The notes: generated from the sequence alone by a model not told the origin. Positions 49,061 to 59,276 are shown, numbered from the stretch's first letter. The stretch: DNA of 64,000 nucleotides from Candidatus Omnitrophota bacterium (GCA_030649895.1 JAUSEX010000020.1:23109-87108); one strand, 5' to 3'. Numbers and translations are program-made.

Positions 49061-49807
49061 ATGTTGTTAGCTATAGATATAGGAAATACGAGTATTCATA
49101 GTGGAATTTTCAATAAGAAGGTTTTAAAGAAAACATTCAGGATATCCGCGCATTCCGTAAGCCTGGCTAAAGATTATAGATTAAAATTAAGGCCTTATGC
49201 CGGAAAAATAGACTCTGTTATTATAACAAGCGTAGTTCCAGGCGCTCTGGAAAGCATAGAGAAGATCATTAAAAAAATAATTAAAAAAGATTGCGTGGTT
49301 GTGGGCAGGGATGCGGACAGCGGGATTAAGAATCTTTATTCAAATCCAAGACAGGTGGGAACTGACAGGCTTGTAAACGCGAGGGCTGCCTATGAATTAT
49401 ACGGAGGAGAATGCGTAATTGTTGACTTTGGGACAGCTATAACAATAGATATAGTGAATAAAAAGAAGCAATATATAGGCGGGGTTATAGCGCCCGGGCC
49501 GGGCATTTCATTGTGGGCATTGTCGGAAAAAACAGCGTTATTGCCTAAGGTCGCTATTAAAAAGCCCAAGGGGATACTGGGCAGGGAGACGAAAGAGAGC
49601 ATGCTTGCAGGTATTGTATATGGATTCAGCAGTTTGTGCGATGGCATAGCGAATAAGCTGAAAAAGAAATATTGCAGGAACGCAAAGGTTGTGATCACGG
49701 GAGGTTTTTCTGAGCTCATAGGCCCTTACTGCGAAAGCGCGGATAAGATAGATGCCGATCTTACCCTTAAGGGCTTAAGATTGATAAGCGAAGGGCTCAA
49801 TGTTTAA
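49061..49807 (+). CDS. coaX: Type III pantothenate kinase
   Basis: MLLAIDIGNTSIHSGIF (ASKHA PHOSPHATE1) and DRLVNA motifs. Conserved birA-coaX pairing. Confidence 0.85.
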   Translation: MLLAIDIGNTSIHSGIFNKKVLKKTFRISAHSVSLAKDYRLKLRPYAGKIDSVIITSVVPGALESIEKIIKKIIKKDCVVVGRDADSGIKNLYSNPRQVGTDRLVNARAAYELYGGECVIVDFGTAITIDIVNKKKQYIGGVIAPGPGISLWALSEKTALLPKVAIKKPKGILGRETKESMLAGIVYGFSSLCDGIANKLKKKYCRNAKVVITGGFSELIGPYCESADKIDADLTLKGLRLISEGLNV

Positions 49808-50066
49808 GGTTTATTTCAACGAAAAAATAGCCGCTGGTATCTTTTGACTATTGTGGATATAGCCTAGAACTATAACTATAGGCCCGCCAGGCCTGTTTAC
49901 TGAAGGCGGTCACGTGATTGCCGAGATGGGCGCTGGAAAGCGCGCAGCACGGGTAATAGATGAATATTTGGTGAAAAATATACAGCCTGCTATTCAGTAG
50001 AGCCTATAGCTGAATTTATTGTTGAAGGCTCCAGGTGAGGGCTCCAGGGATATGGGAATTAATAAT

Positions 50067-51131
50067 ATGCGGGTTTTGGTTGCCATGAGCGGCGGGGTAG
50101 ACAGTTCAGTAGCAGCAGCTGTTTTGAAGGAAGCCGGGTATGAGGTGATAGGAGCTACTATGAAAATCTGGCCTAAAGAATTATGCGGCCAGGAAAAAGA
50201 AAAATCATGCTGCTCTTTAAAAGACATCGACGACGCTAAAAAAGTTTCAGGCGTCCTGGGTATAAAACATTATGTATTAAACCTTGAAGAGGATTTTAGA
50301 AAAGGAGTGATAGATTATTTTATTGATGAATATCTTGCGGGCAGGACGCCGAATCCATGTATTGTATGCAATGAAAAAATAAAATTCGGAAGCCTGCTTA
50401 AAAAAGCGGAAGGCCTTGGATGCAATTTTATCGCAACAGGGCATTATGCCAGAATAGAAACAAAGGGTTCTTGCAGGCTAAGAGAAGCTGCCGATAAAAC
50501 AAAAGATCAGTCATATGTCCTTTTTTGCCTGAAGGCAGGCCAGCTAAAGAAGATATTATTGCCGGTAGGAAGTTTCACGAAAAATGATGTAAGGGGTAAG
50601 GCAAAAGAGCTGGGGCTTAACGTACACGATAAGCCTGATAGCCAGGAGATATGTTTTGTGCCGGATAATAATTATTCTAATTTTATAAAGAAACACAGGG
50701 ATCTGAAACATGAGAAAGGCAATATAACAGATGTATCCGGCAGGGTGCTTGGCCAGCATGCGGGTTTTTGGAATTTTACAATAGGCCAGCGTAGAGGCCT
50801 CGGTATAGCCGCTAAAACCCCGCTCTATGTTACAGAAATAAAACCGGAGGACAATGCGGTCGTTGTAGGGATTGCGAAAGATGTAAGGAAAAGTAAATTT
50901 CTGGTAAAAAAAGTCAACTGGTTAATAAAGCGCGGAGAAAATAAAAAAAACCTGGCTGTGAAAATAAGATATAATCATAAAAAGGCTTCAGCTTCTGTGA
51001 AAGATTTGGGAGGCGGCAGGGCAGAGGTGGAATTTAAAGAAGCGCAGAATGCGATAACGCCTGGCCAGGCAGCTGTTTTTTACGAAGGCGAATACGTGGC
51101 AGGCGGCGGCTGGATTGATAAGGTTCTGTAG
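50067..51131 (+). CDS. mnmA: tRNA-specific 2-thiouridylase
   Basis: [19 protein letters not shown]-loop, catalytic Cys residues, C-terminal beta-barrel. Confidence 0.9.
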   Translation: MRVLVAMSGGVDSSVAAAVLKEAGYEVIGATMKIWPKELCGQEKEKSCCSLKDIDDAKKVSGVLGIKHYVLNLEEDFRKGVIDYFIDEYLAGRTPNPCIVCNEKIKFGSLLKKAEGLGCNFIATGHYARIETKGSCRLREAADKTKDQSYVLFCLKAGQLKKILLPVGSFTKNDVRGKAKELGLNVHDKPDSQEICFVPDNNYSNFIKKHRDLKHEKGNITDVSGRVLGQHAGFWNFTIGQRRGLGIAAKTPLYVTEIKPEDNAVVVGIAKDVRKSKFLVKKVNWLIKRGENKKNLAVKIRYNHKKASASVKDLGGGRAEVEFKEAQNAITPGQAAVFYEGEYVAGGGWIDKVL

Positions 51132-51195
51132 CGGCAATGATAAATGCTTCCTATCCGACTCATGGAGTCGGATAGGTTAAGAATGGAACGAGAAG

Positions 51196-51996
51196 ATGGG
51201 CGACATAGGTGAGTTAAAAAAGATTTTAAATAGAACGGGAAAGGTGATAGTGGCGTTTTCCGGCGGGGTAGACAGCAGCTTTTTGCTTAAGATGGCAAAG
51301 GATACTTTGCAGGATGGGGATGTTCTGGCCGTGACAGCTGTTTCAGAGACATATACCGGCTCTGAGCTTAAGCAGGCAAAGAGGTTCGCAAAAAAGCTAG
51401 GCGTAAGGCATAAAATAATTCATACAAATGAACTGAAAGATAAAAATTTTACAAAAAATCCTGAAAACAGGTGTTATTACTGCAAAAAAGAATTATTTGA
51501 AGAACTGGACAGGATTAAAAAAGAAAAATGTTTTAACTACGTTTTGGATGCGTCAAATACCGATGACATAAGAGATTACAGGCCCGGAAGCAGGGCAAAA
51601 AAAGAATTTGGAGTCAGGAGCCCTCTCATAGAAGCGGGTTTTTCAAAAGACGAGATACGGAAATTTTCCAGAAGATTAAAGCTGGATACCGCAGATATGC
51701 CTTCAATGGCGTGCCTGGCGTCCAGGTTTCCGTATGGCGAAAAGATAAATAAAAAAGCATTAAGAAAAATAGAGGCAGCCGAAGGTTTCATAAAGAGCCA
51801 GGGCGTGCAGCAGGTAAGGGTACGCTGTCATAGTAATATAGCCAGGATTGAGGTAGAAAAGCAAAGCATAAAAAGGTTTGTGAATAGTAAGTTTTGTGAT
51901 AAAATAACAAAGCGTTTAAAACAGCTCGGGTTTAAATACATAGCTTTAGACTTAGAAGGATACAGGACGGGAAGTCTTAATGAAGTGTTAAAGTAG
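51196..51996 (+). CDS. LarE-family PP-loop ATP pyrophosphatase (TIGR00268 / sulfur-transferase-like)
   Basis: VIVAFSGGVDSSFLL PP-loop, conserved Cys (MACLASRFPYG), about 265 aa. Confidence 0.6.
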   Translation: MGDIGELKKILNRTGKVIVAFSGGVDSSFLLKMAKDTLQDGDVLAVTAVSETYTGSELKQAKRFAKKLGVRHKIIHTNELKDKNFTKNPENRCYYCKKELFEELDRIKKEKCFNYVLDASNTDDIRDYRPGSRAKKEFGVRSPLIEAGFSKDEIRKFSRRLKLDTADMPSMACLASRFPYGEKINKKALRKIEAAEGFIKSQGVQQVRVRCHSNIARIEVEKQSIKRFVNSKFCDKITKRLKQLGFKYIALDLEGYRTGSLNEVLK

Positions 51997-52085
51997 GTTC
52001 TTCGGCTGCTCCTTATTCAGTCGCAGTTTTAGGATCGAAATTTTTTCAAAAATTTCAGAAATTTGAATAAAATTTTGAAGCAAGA

Positions 52086-52145
52086 AGGTCCTTCGGCAGC
52101 TAAAATGTTCGCTTCGCTCACATTTTTGACGCTGCCTCAGGATCA
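52086..52145 (+). repeat. tRNA-leader repeat (GGTCCTTCGGCAGCTAAAATG..GCTTCGCTCACATTTTTGACGCTGCCTCAGGATC), copy B, upstream of tRNA(CAU). A half-copy lies at 52015-52055.
   Basis: Shared with 59111-59170 and 59732-59790. Contains the AGCTAAAATG/CATTTT..GCT hairpin. A TTGACG hexamer lies 33 nt before the tRNA. Confidence 0.7.
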
Positions 52146-52163
52146 AATCTGCTTCGCAGATTT

Positions 52164-52240
52164 GGCGGCGTAGCTCAGCCTGGCAGAGCAGTCGGCTCAT
52201 ACCCGGCGTGTCACTGGTTCAAATCCAGTCGCCGCTACCA
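52164..52240 (+). tRNA. tRNA with CAU anticodon: elongator tRNA-Met or, after lysidinylation, tRNA-Ile2. The CCA end is encoded.
   Basis: Cloverleaf: acceptor GGCGGCG/CGCCGCU, D-arm GCUC-AGCCUGGCAG-AGC, anticodon stem GUCGG/CCGGC with loop CUCAUAC, T-arm GGUUCAAAUCC. Lacks the three consecutive G-C pairs of initiator tRNA. Confidence 0.85.
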
Positions 52241-52383
52241 ATTTTGCCGAAGGCAAAATTGATCCCGAGAAAACGACGAATAGGAATTTTCGAGGGACCT
52301 GCCGAAGGTAAAATTCGTCCCTAGCAAACCTGATTTTTAATTTGGCTGCGAGGGGCAGGTGTTATACAAATTGCAAATATATT

Positions 52384-53391
52384 ATGCCTACCACTTTTCT
52401 GGACAAAATCAAAGCTACCATAAAAAAACATAATATGCTTCAGAAGCACGATAGGATTTTGGTCGGCGTTTCAGGAGGCCCTGATTCGGTTACCCTGCTG
52501 CATATCTTGTGCGAATTAAGAAAAGAATATTCATTAAATATTACTATCGCTCATCTTGATCACAAATTCAGAGGAGATGAATCCGAAGGCGACAGGAGAT
52601 TTTGCGAAGGCCTTGCGAAAAAATATAATATAGAGATTGTCTGGGAAGAAATAGACGTGCCGAAGATTTCAAAAGAAAAAGGCCTTTCTCCGGAAGAAAC
52701 CGCGAGGTTTGAGAGGTATGATTTTTTTAAAAGGATAGCTTTAGAAAAAGGTATAGATAAGATAGCGGTTGGGCATACAAGAGATGACCAGGCCGAGACA
52801 GTGCTCATGAGAATCATGCGAGGTACTGGAATGAAAGGCCTGGGAGGCATGAGCCCGGTAAAAGAAATCTCCGGTAATAAGATAATAAGGCCTTTAATCG
52901 AGGTATCCAGAAAAGATGTGGAAGATTTTATTTCGGAATCCGGGCTTAAATTCAGAACAGACTCCTCGAACGAGAAAGCCATTTTTACAAGAAATAAGAT
53001 CAGGATGGAGCTGATCCCTTTGCTGGAAAAAGATTTTAATCCGAACATCAAGGAGGTTCTCGGCAACATGGCGGAGAACCTGCAGATTGAAAATGATTTT
53101 TTGAGCAGGTACGCAAAGAGAAAATTTAAAAGCGTGTCTAAAATCAGGCAAGGGCAGATCCTGATAGACAGCAAAAAATTTAAAAAACTCCCGGAAGCGC
53201 TAAGAAAAAGAGTTTTAAGGGTTGGCCTGGAAGAACTTAAAGGTGATTTAAGAAGGCTTACATATCAGCACTGGAAGGAGATGGAAGAATTGATCGATGC
53301 CAGGCCCGTAAATTCGATCGTAGATCTTCCGGCTGGAATAAGTATCATAAAAGATAGGGCAAATATTATTTTAAAATTAATAAAAAGTTGA
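52384..53391 (+). CDS. tilS: tRNA(Ile)-lysidine synthetase
   Basis: ILVGVSGGPDSVTLLH PP-loop, DH..RG.ES.GD motif. Conserved tilS-ftsH linkage. The track ORF begins 14 codons upstream; ATG 52384 preferred. Confidence 0.85.
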   Translation: MPTTFLDKIKATIKKHNMLQKHDRILVGVSGGPDSVTLLHILCELRKEYSLNITIAHLDHKFRGDESEGDRRFCEGLAKKYNIEIVWEEIDVPKISKEKGLSPEETARFERYDFFKRIALEKGIDKIAVGHTRDDQAETVLMRIMRGTGMKGLGGMSPVKEISGNKIIRPLIEVSRKDVEDFISESGLKFRTDSSNEKAIFTRNKIRMELIPLLEKDFNPNIKEVLGNMAENLQIENDFLSRYAKRKFKSVSKIRQGQILIDSKKFKKLPEALRKRVLRVGLEELKGDLRRLTYQHWKEMEELIDARPVNSIVDLPAGISIIKDRANIILKLIKS

Positions 53392-53439
53392 TTTATCTTA
53401 GTAAACTGTGCTAATATATTTATCTAATATAGGAGATAT

Positions 53440-55293
53440 ATGAAAATCGAGAAAAAAGGCGGAAATAAAATCAATACAAATATTCTGTTTTGGATAGGGT
53501 TATTTTTACTTCTTATCTATATCTTCAGGCTGGATTCTCTCCCTCCGGCCTCGCTTCCAAAAGAGCTTAGTTACGGCGAGTTTTACAGGCTTCTCGGGGG
53601 AAATAAGCAAACGGCAGCCATCAAGTCTGTTGTAAAAGTGGAAGATGAGCTCAAGGGTGTTCTTTCCAGCGGGGCGCATTTTACCGTGCATATGCCTCAG
53701 GAAGATTCTGAAATTTTAAGTTTGCTTAGAAACAATGTGTCTGATTTTGACGTCAAACCTCCGAAGACTCTTTGGGTAAACATTTTTTATTCTCTCGGGC
53801 CCATGCTTTTATTTATCGGGTTTTTATGGTTTTTTGTATACAGGGGCAGCCAGGGTGGCGGCAAGATACTTTCATTCGGCAAAAGCCGCGCAAAACAGAT
53901 ATCAGGCGATAAATTAAAGATAACGTTTGATAATGTTGCGGGAGTTGACGAGGCAAAGGAAGAACTGAAAGAGATTATAGAATTTTTAAAAGACCCTAAA
54001 AGATTTCAGAAATTAGGCGGCAAGATACCAAAAGGCGTATTGCTCATGGGGCCTCCCGGCACAGGAAAAACGCTTTTAGCAAAGGCAGTGAGCGGCGAGG
54101 CAGGCGTGCCGTTTTTTAGCATAAGCGGCTCGGACTTCGTGGAAATGTTTGTGGGGGTAGGGGCTTCCAGAGTAAGAGATCTTTTTGAGCAGGCCAAGCG
54201 CTCCGCAAAAATGAGCGGCAAAGGATGTATTATTTTTATTGACGAGATAGACGCTGTAGGAAGGCAGAGGTTTGCCGGAATTGGCGGAGGGCACGACGAA
54301 CGGGAACAGACGCTAAACGCGCTTCTTGTAGAGATGGACGGTTTTGATACTCAAGAAGGCGTTATTTTGATAGCGGCGACAAACAGGCCGGATGTTTTGG
54401 ACCCGGCGCTATTGAGGCCTGGGAGATTTGACAGGACGATAGTTATCTCCAGGCCTGACATTATAGGTAGAGAAGCGATATTGAAAGTTCATGCAAAGGG
54501 CATCAAGCTTAGTAAAGACGCTGATCTTAAATATATAGCAAGGCAGACATCAGGCTTTTCAGGAGCGGACCTTGCTAATCTTGTGAACGAGGCCGCTCTT
54601 TTGGCTGCGCGAAGGAACAAAGAGACCGTAGAAATGAAAGAGCTGGGGGAGTCTATTGAAAGAGTTATTGCAGGCCCTGAGAGGAAAACCAGGGTTATAA
54701 ACGCGGAAGAAAAAAAGATAGTTTCATATCATGAATCAGGGCATGCGCTTTTAGCGCTTCTTATACCAGGGGCTGACCCTTTACATAAAGTTTCGATCAT
54801 ACCAAGAGGAATTGCGCTTGGTTATACCATGAGATTGCCTTTGGAAGACAGGTACATTGTTACTAAAAAAGAACTGTTGGGAAGGATAGTAGGGATATTA
54901 GGGGGCAGGGCGAGCGAAGATCTTGTGTTCGGAGAACTTTCAACAGGCGCTCAGGATGACCTGGAAAAGGCGACTGATATCGCAAGGGATATGGTGATGA
55001 GGTGGGGCATGAGCGAGAAAATGGGGCATCTCACATTCGGAAGAAGGGAAGAGCAGATATTTCTCGGGAGAGATATTGCTGAAGAAAGAAATTACAGCGA
55101 GGCAACAGCTGTGGAAATAGATAAAGAGATACGTAAGATTATAGAAGAGTGCTACCAGAGAGCGAGGAATGAATTAAGCAGCAATGCCGATAAACTAAAA
55201 ACCCTTGCTGAGACATTGCTTGAAAAAGAAGTTTTGGATTCAGAGGAAGTGAGAAAGATAGCTTTCCCGGAGAATCCAGAGAATCAGGCATGA
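53440..55293 (+). CDS. ftsH: ATP-dependent zinc metalloprotease FtsH
   Basis: Two N-terminal TM helices, AAA+ ([13 protein letters not shown], second region of homology), HEAGH zinc site written HESGH. Confidence 0.97.
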   Translation: MKIEKKGGNKINTNILFWIGLFLLLIYIFRLDSLPPASLPKELSYGEFYRLLGGNKQTAAIKSVVKVEDELKGVLSSGAHFTVHMPQEDSEILSLLRNNVSDFDVKPPKTLWVNIFYSLGPMLLFIGFLWFFVYRGSQGGGKILSFGKSRAKQISGDKLKITFDNVAGVDEAKEELKEIIEFLKDPKRFQKLGGKIPKGVLLMGPPGTGKTLLAKAVSGEAGVPFFSISGSDFVEMFVGVGASRVRDLFEQAKRSAKMSGKGCIIFIDEIDAVGRQRFAGIGGGHDEREQTLNALLVEMDGFDTQEGVILIAATNRPDVLDPALLRPGRFDRTIVISRPDIIGREAILKVHAKGIKLSKDADLKYIARQTSGFSGADLANLVNEAALLAARRNKETVEMKELGESIERVIAGPERKTRVINAEEKKIVSYHESGHALLALLIPGADPLHKVSIIPRGIALGYTMRLPLEDRYIVTKKELLGRIVGILGGRASEDLVFGELSTGAQDDLEKATDIARDMVMRWGMSEKMGHLTFGRREEQIFLGRDIAEERNYSEATAVEIDKEIRKIIEECYQRARNELSSNADKLKTLAETLLEKEVLDSEEVRKIAFPENPENQA

Positions 55294-56114
55294 TAGATTT
55301 TAAATTCGGTTCCCGCGTTTATATAATGGGGGTGCTGAATATTACGCCTGATTCTTTCAGCGGAGACGGTGTTTATCAGGATGTAGGCAGGGCAGTTGAA
55401 ACAGCGGAAAGGCTGGTTGAAGACGGGGCTGATATAATTGATATAGGAGGCGAGTCTACCAGGCCTGGAGCAGAGCCCGTTACAATTGAAGAAGAAATAA
55501 GAAGGGTAATCCCTGTTATAAAAAAACTGTCAAAAAGAATAAATACCCCTATTTCAATAGATACGACTAAGTCAGATATTGCCAGACTTGCTTTGGAAAA
55601 CGGGGCGTCGATAGTGAATGATGTAACAGGATTGGGGTCGGATTTTAAAATAATAGAAATTATCAGGGAATTTAATGCAATGGTTGTGCTGATGCATATG
55701 AAAGGCACTCCACAAACAATGCAATATAGCCCAAATTATGGGAATCTGATTCAAGAAATCAAAGATAAATTGAGAGATAGCATTGAAAAAGCTGTAAAAG
55801 GCGGGATAAAAAAAGAAAATATAATAATAGATCCTGGGATTGGGTTTGGAAAAACATTAGAACATAACCTTGAGATCCTAAACAAACTTTCTGAGTTTAA
55901 AGAATTTAAATTGCCAATACTTGTAGGGCCTTCTAGAAAGTCTTTTATAGGTAAGATTACAGGCGCAGGGCCCGATAAAAGAATTTTCGGAACAGCGGCA
56001 TCAGTGGCTATAGCAATTAAAAATGGCGCAGATATAGTCAGGGTGCACGATGTCAAAGAAATGAAAGAGGTTGCTGCGGTTAGCTATGCGATTAGCCGCA
56101 ACGGAGAAAAATAA
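55290..56114 (+). CDS. folP: Dihydropteroate synthase
   Basis: MGVLNITPDSFSGDG...IIDIGGESTRPGA...GIGFGK are DHPS motifs. Conserved ftsH-folP neighbourhood. Confidence 0.9.
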   Translation: MIDFKFGSRVYIMGVLNITPDSFSGDGVYQDVGRAVETAERLVEDGADIIDIGGESTRPGAEPVTIEEEIRRVIPVIKKLSKRINTPISIDTTKSDIARLALENGASIVNDVTGLGSDFKIIEIIREFNAMVVLMHMKGTPQTMQYSPNYGNLIQEIKDKLRDSIEKAVKGGIKKENIIIDPGIGFGKTLEHNLEILNKLSEFKEFKLPILVGPSRKSFIGKITGAGPDKRIFGTAASVAIAIKNGADIVRVHDVKEMKEVAAVSYAISRNGEK

Positions 56115-56872
56115 TGAATGATTATATATTTCTAACCAAGATGCTTATAGAGATAGGCATATTGTGGTTCGTATATTACGGTATTTTGCTATTTGCAAGA
56201 GGCACTAGAGGCGTGTATGTTTTAAGAGGTATTATTTTAATAACGCTGATATTCATTATAACTAAACAATTGGGTTTTGACAGGATAAACTGGATATTTA
56301 CGAAAATATTTGCATTGTCGATATTGGCGTTTCTTATAATATTTCAGCAGGAGATCAGGCGAGGGCTTGCGAATATAGGCCAGCGCAGATGGTCCAGATT
56401 TTTTCTTAAGGAGTCTGAGATAATAAACGAGATAACCACAGCCTGTTTCTTGCTTTCTAAAAGAAAGACAGGCGCGCTGATCGCTATCGAAAGAGAGACA
56501 AGGCTTGAAAACTATATAGAGAGCGGCATAGAAATAGACGCAAAAGTGAATTCAGAACTTTTGATAACAATATTTACGCCGAATACCCCTCTTCATGACG
56601 GCGGTATAGTCGTTGCAGGGGAAAGGGTAGCTGCTTCGGGATGTCTTTTTCCTCTTACCCAGAATCCAAAGGTTTCAACAACCCTTGGCACGAGACACAG
56701 GGCAGCTCTTGGTTTAAGCGAGGAGACTGACGCAATAGTGGTCGTTGTTTCCGAAGAGACAGGCGGGGTTTCCGTAGCGATAGGCGGCAGGCTTACGCAT
56801 GATTTGGATAGAGAGTCTCTTGAAAGGGTTTTGAGTAATCTTTACAGGCCGGACAAGAAAAATAGGAAATAA
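56114..56872 (+). CDS. cdaA: Diadenylate cyclase CdaA (c-di-AMP synthase)
   Basis: Three N-terminal TM helices. DAC domain with GALIAIERE, DGAIVV (written DGGIVV), RHRAALG motifs. Confidence 0.9.
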   Translation: MNDYIFLTKMLIEIGILWFVYYGILLFARGTRGVYVLRGIILITLIFIITKQLGFDRINWIFTKIFALSILAFLIIFQQEIRRGLANIGQRRWSRFFLKESEIINEITTACFLLSKRKTGALIAIERETRLENYIESGIEIDAKVNSELLITIFTPNTPLHDGGIVVAGERVAASGCLFPLTQNPKVSTTLGTRHRAALGLSEETDAIVVVVSEETGGVSVAIGGRLTHDLDRESLERVLSNLYRPDKKNRK

Positions 56873-56873
56873 T

Positions 56874-57056
56874 ATGAACAGCTGGATGATAAATAATTTC
56901 TGGATAAAGATAGTATCGTTGATACTCGCCATAATAACCTGGTTTTATGTTAATGAAGAACTAGTCAAAGAGAAAAGAATGGCTAAGCAGTTATATAAAT
57001 CCTCAGTTGTAAGCCAGAGTCAGAGTCCATCCTATGGTAAAAAGCCAGTGAAATAA
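56874..57056 (+). CDS. 60-aa single-TM protein in the position normally held by CdaR (YbbR)
   Basis: Starts 2 nt after cdaA. One N-terminal TM helix then a short tail. No YbbR repeats. Confidence 0.4.
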   Translation: MNSWMINNFWIKIVSLILAIITWFYVNEELVKEKRMAKQLYKSSVVSQSQSPSYGKKPVK

Positions 57057-57058
57057 AG

Positions 57059-57799
57059 ATGTTTTTAGAGGAGAAAAGCAAAGTGCCTAAGCTTGGCGTC
57101 AATATAGATCATGTCGCAACCTTGAGGCAGGCTAGGGGAGGTTTGGAGCCTGATCCTGTTGAGGCTGCTCTTATGTGCGAAAAGGCAGGCTGCGATAGCA
57201 TAGTCGCTCATTTAAGGGAAGATAGGCGCCATATAAACGATAAAGATGTCGTTGGGCTAAGGAAAGAGGTGGAGACAAAATTTAACCTTGAGATGTCAAT
57301 GAATCCCGGTATAGTGGATATCGCGTTAAAAATCGGGCCTGATCAGGTTACCCTTGTGCCGGAAAAAAGACGAGAGCTTACTACAGAAGGCGGGTTGAGT
57401 GTTATAAAATATGAAAAAAGGCTATCCGGCATAACAGCCTTATTCAATAAGAAAGGCATAGATGTGAGCGTTTTTATTGACCCGGACAGGGATGAGATAC
57501 GCTCCGCTATATATATAGGTATAGGTATTATCGAAATACATACAGGAGGCTATAGCTTGGCCAGGGATAAAAGGTCTCAGGCTAAAGAGTTTAAAAAAAT
57601 AAAAGACTCGGCTGAATACGCTATGTCTAAAGGGATTATCGTAAATGCCGGACATGGACTCAATTATACAAACGTTAAGCAGATAGCCAGTATTAAAGGC
57701 ATAAGCGAGCTGAATATAGGCCACTCTATAATATCCAGGGCTGTTTTTACCGGGCTATACAGGGCAGTAAAAGAGATGAAGTTGATTACATGCGGTTGA
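57059..57799 (+). CDS. pdxJ: Pyridoxine 5'-phosphate synthase
   Basis: LGVNIDHVATLRQARG...AHLREDRRHI...IEIHTG motifs. Confidence 0.9.
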   Translation: MFLEEKSKVPKLGVNIDHVATLRQARGGLEPDPVEAALMCEKAGCDSIVAHLREDRRHINDKDVVGLRKEVETKFNLEMSMNPGIVDIALKIGPDQVTLVPEKRRELTTEGGLSVIKYEKRLSGITALFNKKGIDVSVFIDPDRDEIRSAIYIGIGIIEIHTGGYSLARDKRSQAKEFKKIKDSAEYAMSKGIIVNAGHGLNYTNVKQIASIKGISELNIGHSIISRAVFTGLYRAVKEMKLITCG

Positions 57800-57853
57800 A
57801 GGCTCAGGGTTGAAGGAAATGTCGCGGGGCTTACAGCCAATAGGTGTTTTAAT

Positions 57854-58237
57854 ATGATTGTAGGGACTGGCATAGACATAATAGAGGTGTGCAGGATAAA
57901 AAAAGCCCTGGATATGTGGGGCAAAAAATTCCTGAACAGGGTTTTTACAAAGAGGGAACTTTCTTACGCAAGTAAGAAAAGGTTTTCTCATGAAAATCTG
58001 GCTGCGAGATTTGCCTGTAAAGAGTCTGTATTGAAAGCGTTTGGGGATACAAGGGTAGGTATCCGCTTAAAGAATATAGAAATACTTAACGATTCGAAAG
58101 GCAAGCCTGAAGTGATATTGCACAGGGAAGCTAAAGAGTTTGCTGATAAGAATAAGCTGGATAAGATAATAGTAAGCATGTCGCATACGAATAATTACGC
58201 AGTAAGCAACGCGGTCCTCTGGAGAAACGAGAAATGA
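57854..58237 (+). CDS. acpS: Holo-[acyl-carrier-protein] synthase
   Basis: MIVGTGIDIIEV...FAAKEA (written FACKES)...LSMSHT. pdxJ-acpS linkage as in E. coli. Confidence 0.9.
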   Translation: MIVGTGIDIIEVCRIKKALDMWGKKFLNRVFTKRELSYASKKRFSHENLAARFACKESVLKAFGDTRVGIRLKNIEILNDSKGKPEVILHREAKEFADKNKLDKIIVSMSHTNNYAVSNAVLWRNEK

Positions 58238-59103
58238 GGATAAGTAAAGAATTCAAAAGGCTTCTAAAAAAGCGCCCCAGAAATAGCCATAAAGGCGATT
58301 TTGGGCGCGTTTTTATTATCGCCGGTTCCAGGGGATTGACAGGTGCTGCAGCGTTATGCTCGAATGCAGCTATGCGTTCAGGCGCAGGGCTTGTAACATT
58401 AGGCACGCCTGTTTCGTTGAATTCAACAATGTCCAGAAAGCTTACGGAGGTAATGACTATCAGCTTGCCGGAAACAAATAAAATAACATTGTCTTTAAAA
58501 GCGGAAAAAGAAATATTAAAAAAAGCTAAGGCATCGGATGTAGTGGTTTTAGGCCCGGGGCTTTCACAATATCATGAAACTCAAAAATTAATAAATAGGC
58601 TGGTCCTTAATATTAACAAACCGATGGTATTGGACGCGGATGCGTTGAATGCGATAAGTAAAAATACAGCTACGCTTAAGAAAATAAAAACAGAATATAT
58701 AATCACCCCTCACCAGGGAGAGATGGCGAGGCTTATTAATAAAGGCGTAGGGTATATAAAAAATAATAGATTAATTGTTGCAAAAAAATTTTCGCGTGAT
58801 TATAATGCTGTGGTAGTTTTAAAAGGCGCGGGAACAGTGGTAGCGGCGCCGGGCGGAAAGTATTTTGTAAACAGCACAGGTAATCCTGGTATGGCTACTG
58901 CAGGAAGCGGGGATGTGCTTGCCGGGATCGTAGCGGGATTTTTAGCGCAGGGGTTTAAGGCATTTGAAGCAAGCGTCCTGGGCGTTTACGTGCATGGCCT
59001 CGCAGGAGATATTGCAGCAAAGGATAAAGGGGAAATAGGACTGATAGCAGGGGATATTTTAGAAAACATTCCATATGCTATAAAACAGATACAGCGGAGT
59101 TAA
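58234..59103 (+). CDS. nnrD: ADP-dependent NAD(P)H-hydrate dehydratase (YjeF C-terminal domain)
   Basis: HKGDFGRVFIIAGSRGLTGAAALCSNAAMRSGAGLVT and C-terminal GSGDVLAGI are carbohydrate-kinase-like YjeF_C motifs. Confidence 0.85.
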   Translation: MRISKEFKRLLKKRPRNSHKGDFGRVFIIAGSRGLTGAAALCSNAAMRSGAGLVTLGTPVSLNSTMSRKLTEVMTISLPETNKITLSLKAEKEILKKAKASDVVVLGPGLSQYHETQKLINRLVLNINKPMVLDADALNAISKNTATLKKIKTEYIITPHQGEMARLINKGVGYIKNNRLIVAKKFSRDYNAVVVLKGAGTVVAAPGGKYFVNSTGNPGMATAGSGDVLAGIVAGFLAQGFKAFEASVLGVYVHGLAGDIAAKDKGEIGLIAGDILENIPYAIKQIQRS

Positions 59104-59110
59104 AGAAATA

Positions 59111-59170
59111 GGTTCTTCAGCAGCTAAAATGCTAGTTATTGTCCGCATTTCTTAACGCTGCCTCAGGATC
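59111..59170 (+). repeat. tRNA-leader repeat, copy C, upstream of tRNA-Tyr
   Basis: GGTTCTTCAGCAGCTAAAATGCTAGTTATTGTCCGCATTTCTTAACGCTGCCTCAGGATC. A TAAAAT hexamer lies immediately before the tRNA 5' end. Confidence 0.7.
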
Positions 59171-59190
59171 TAAAGTTATTTTGTAAAATT

Positions 59191-59276
<86 letters not shown>

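Noticed and set aside
52164-52240. Initiator tRNA-fMet
   Set aside because: Lacks the three consecutive G-C pairs at the base of the anticodon stem, and the 1-72 pair is G-U rather than the C-A mismatch of bacterial initiators.
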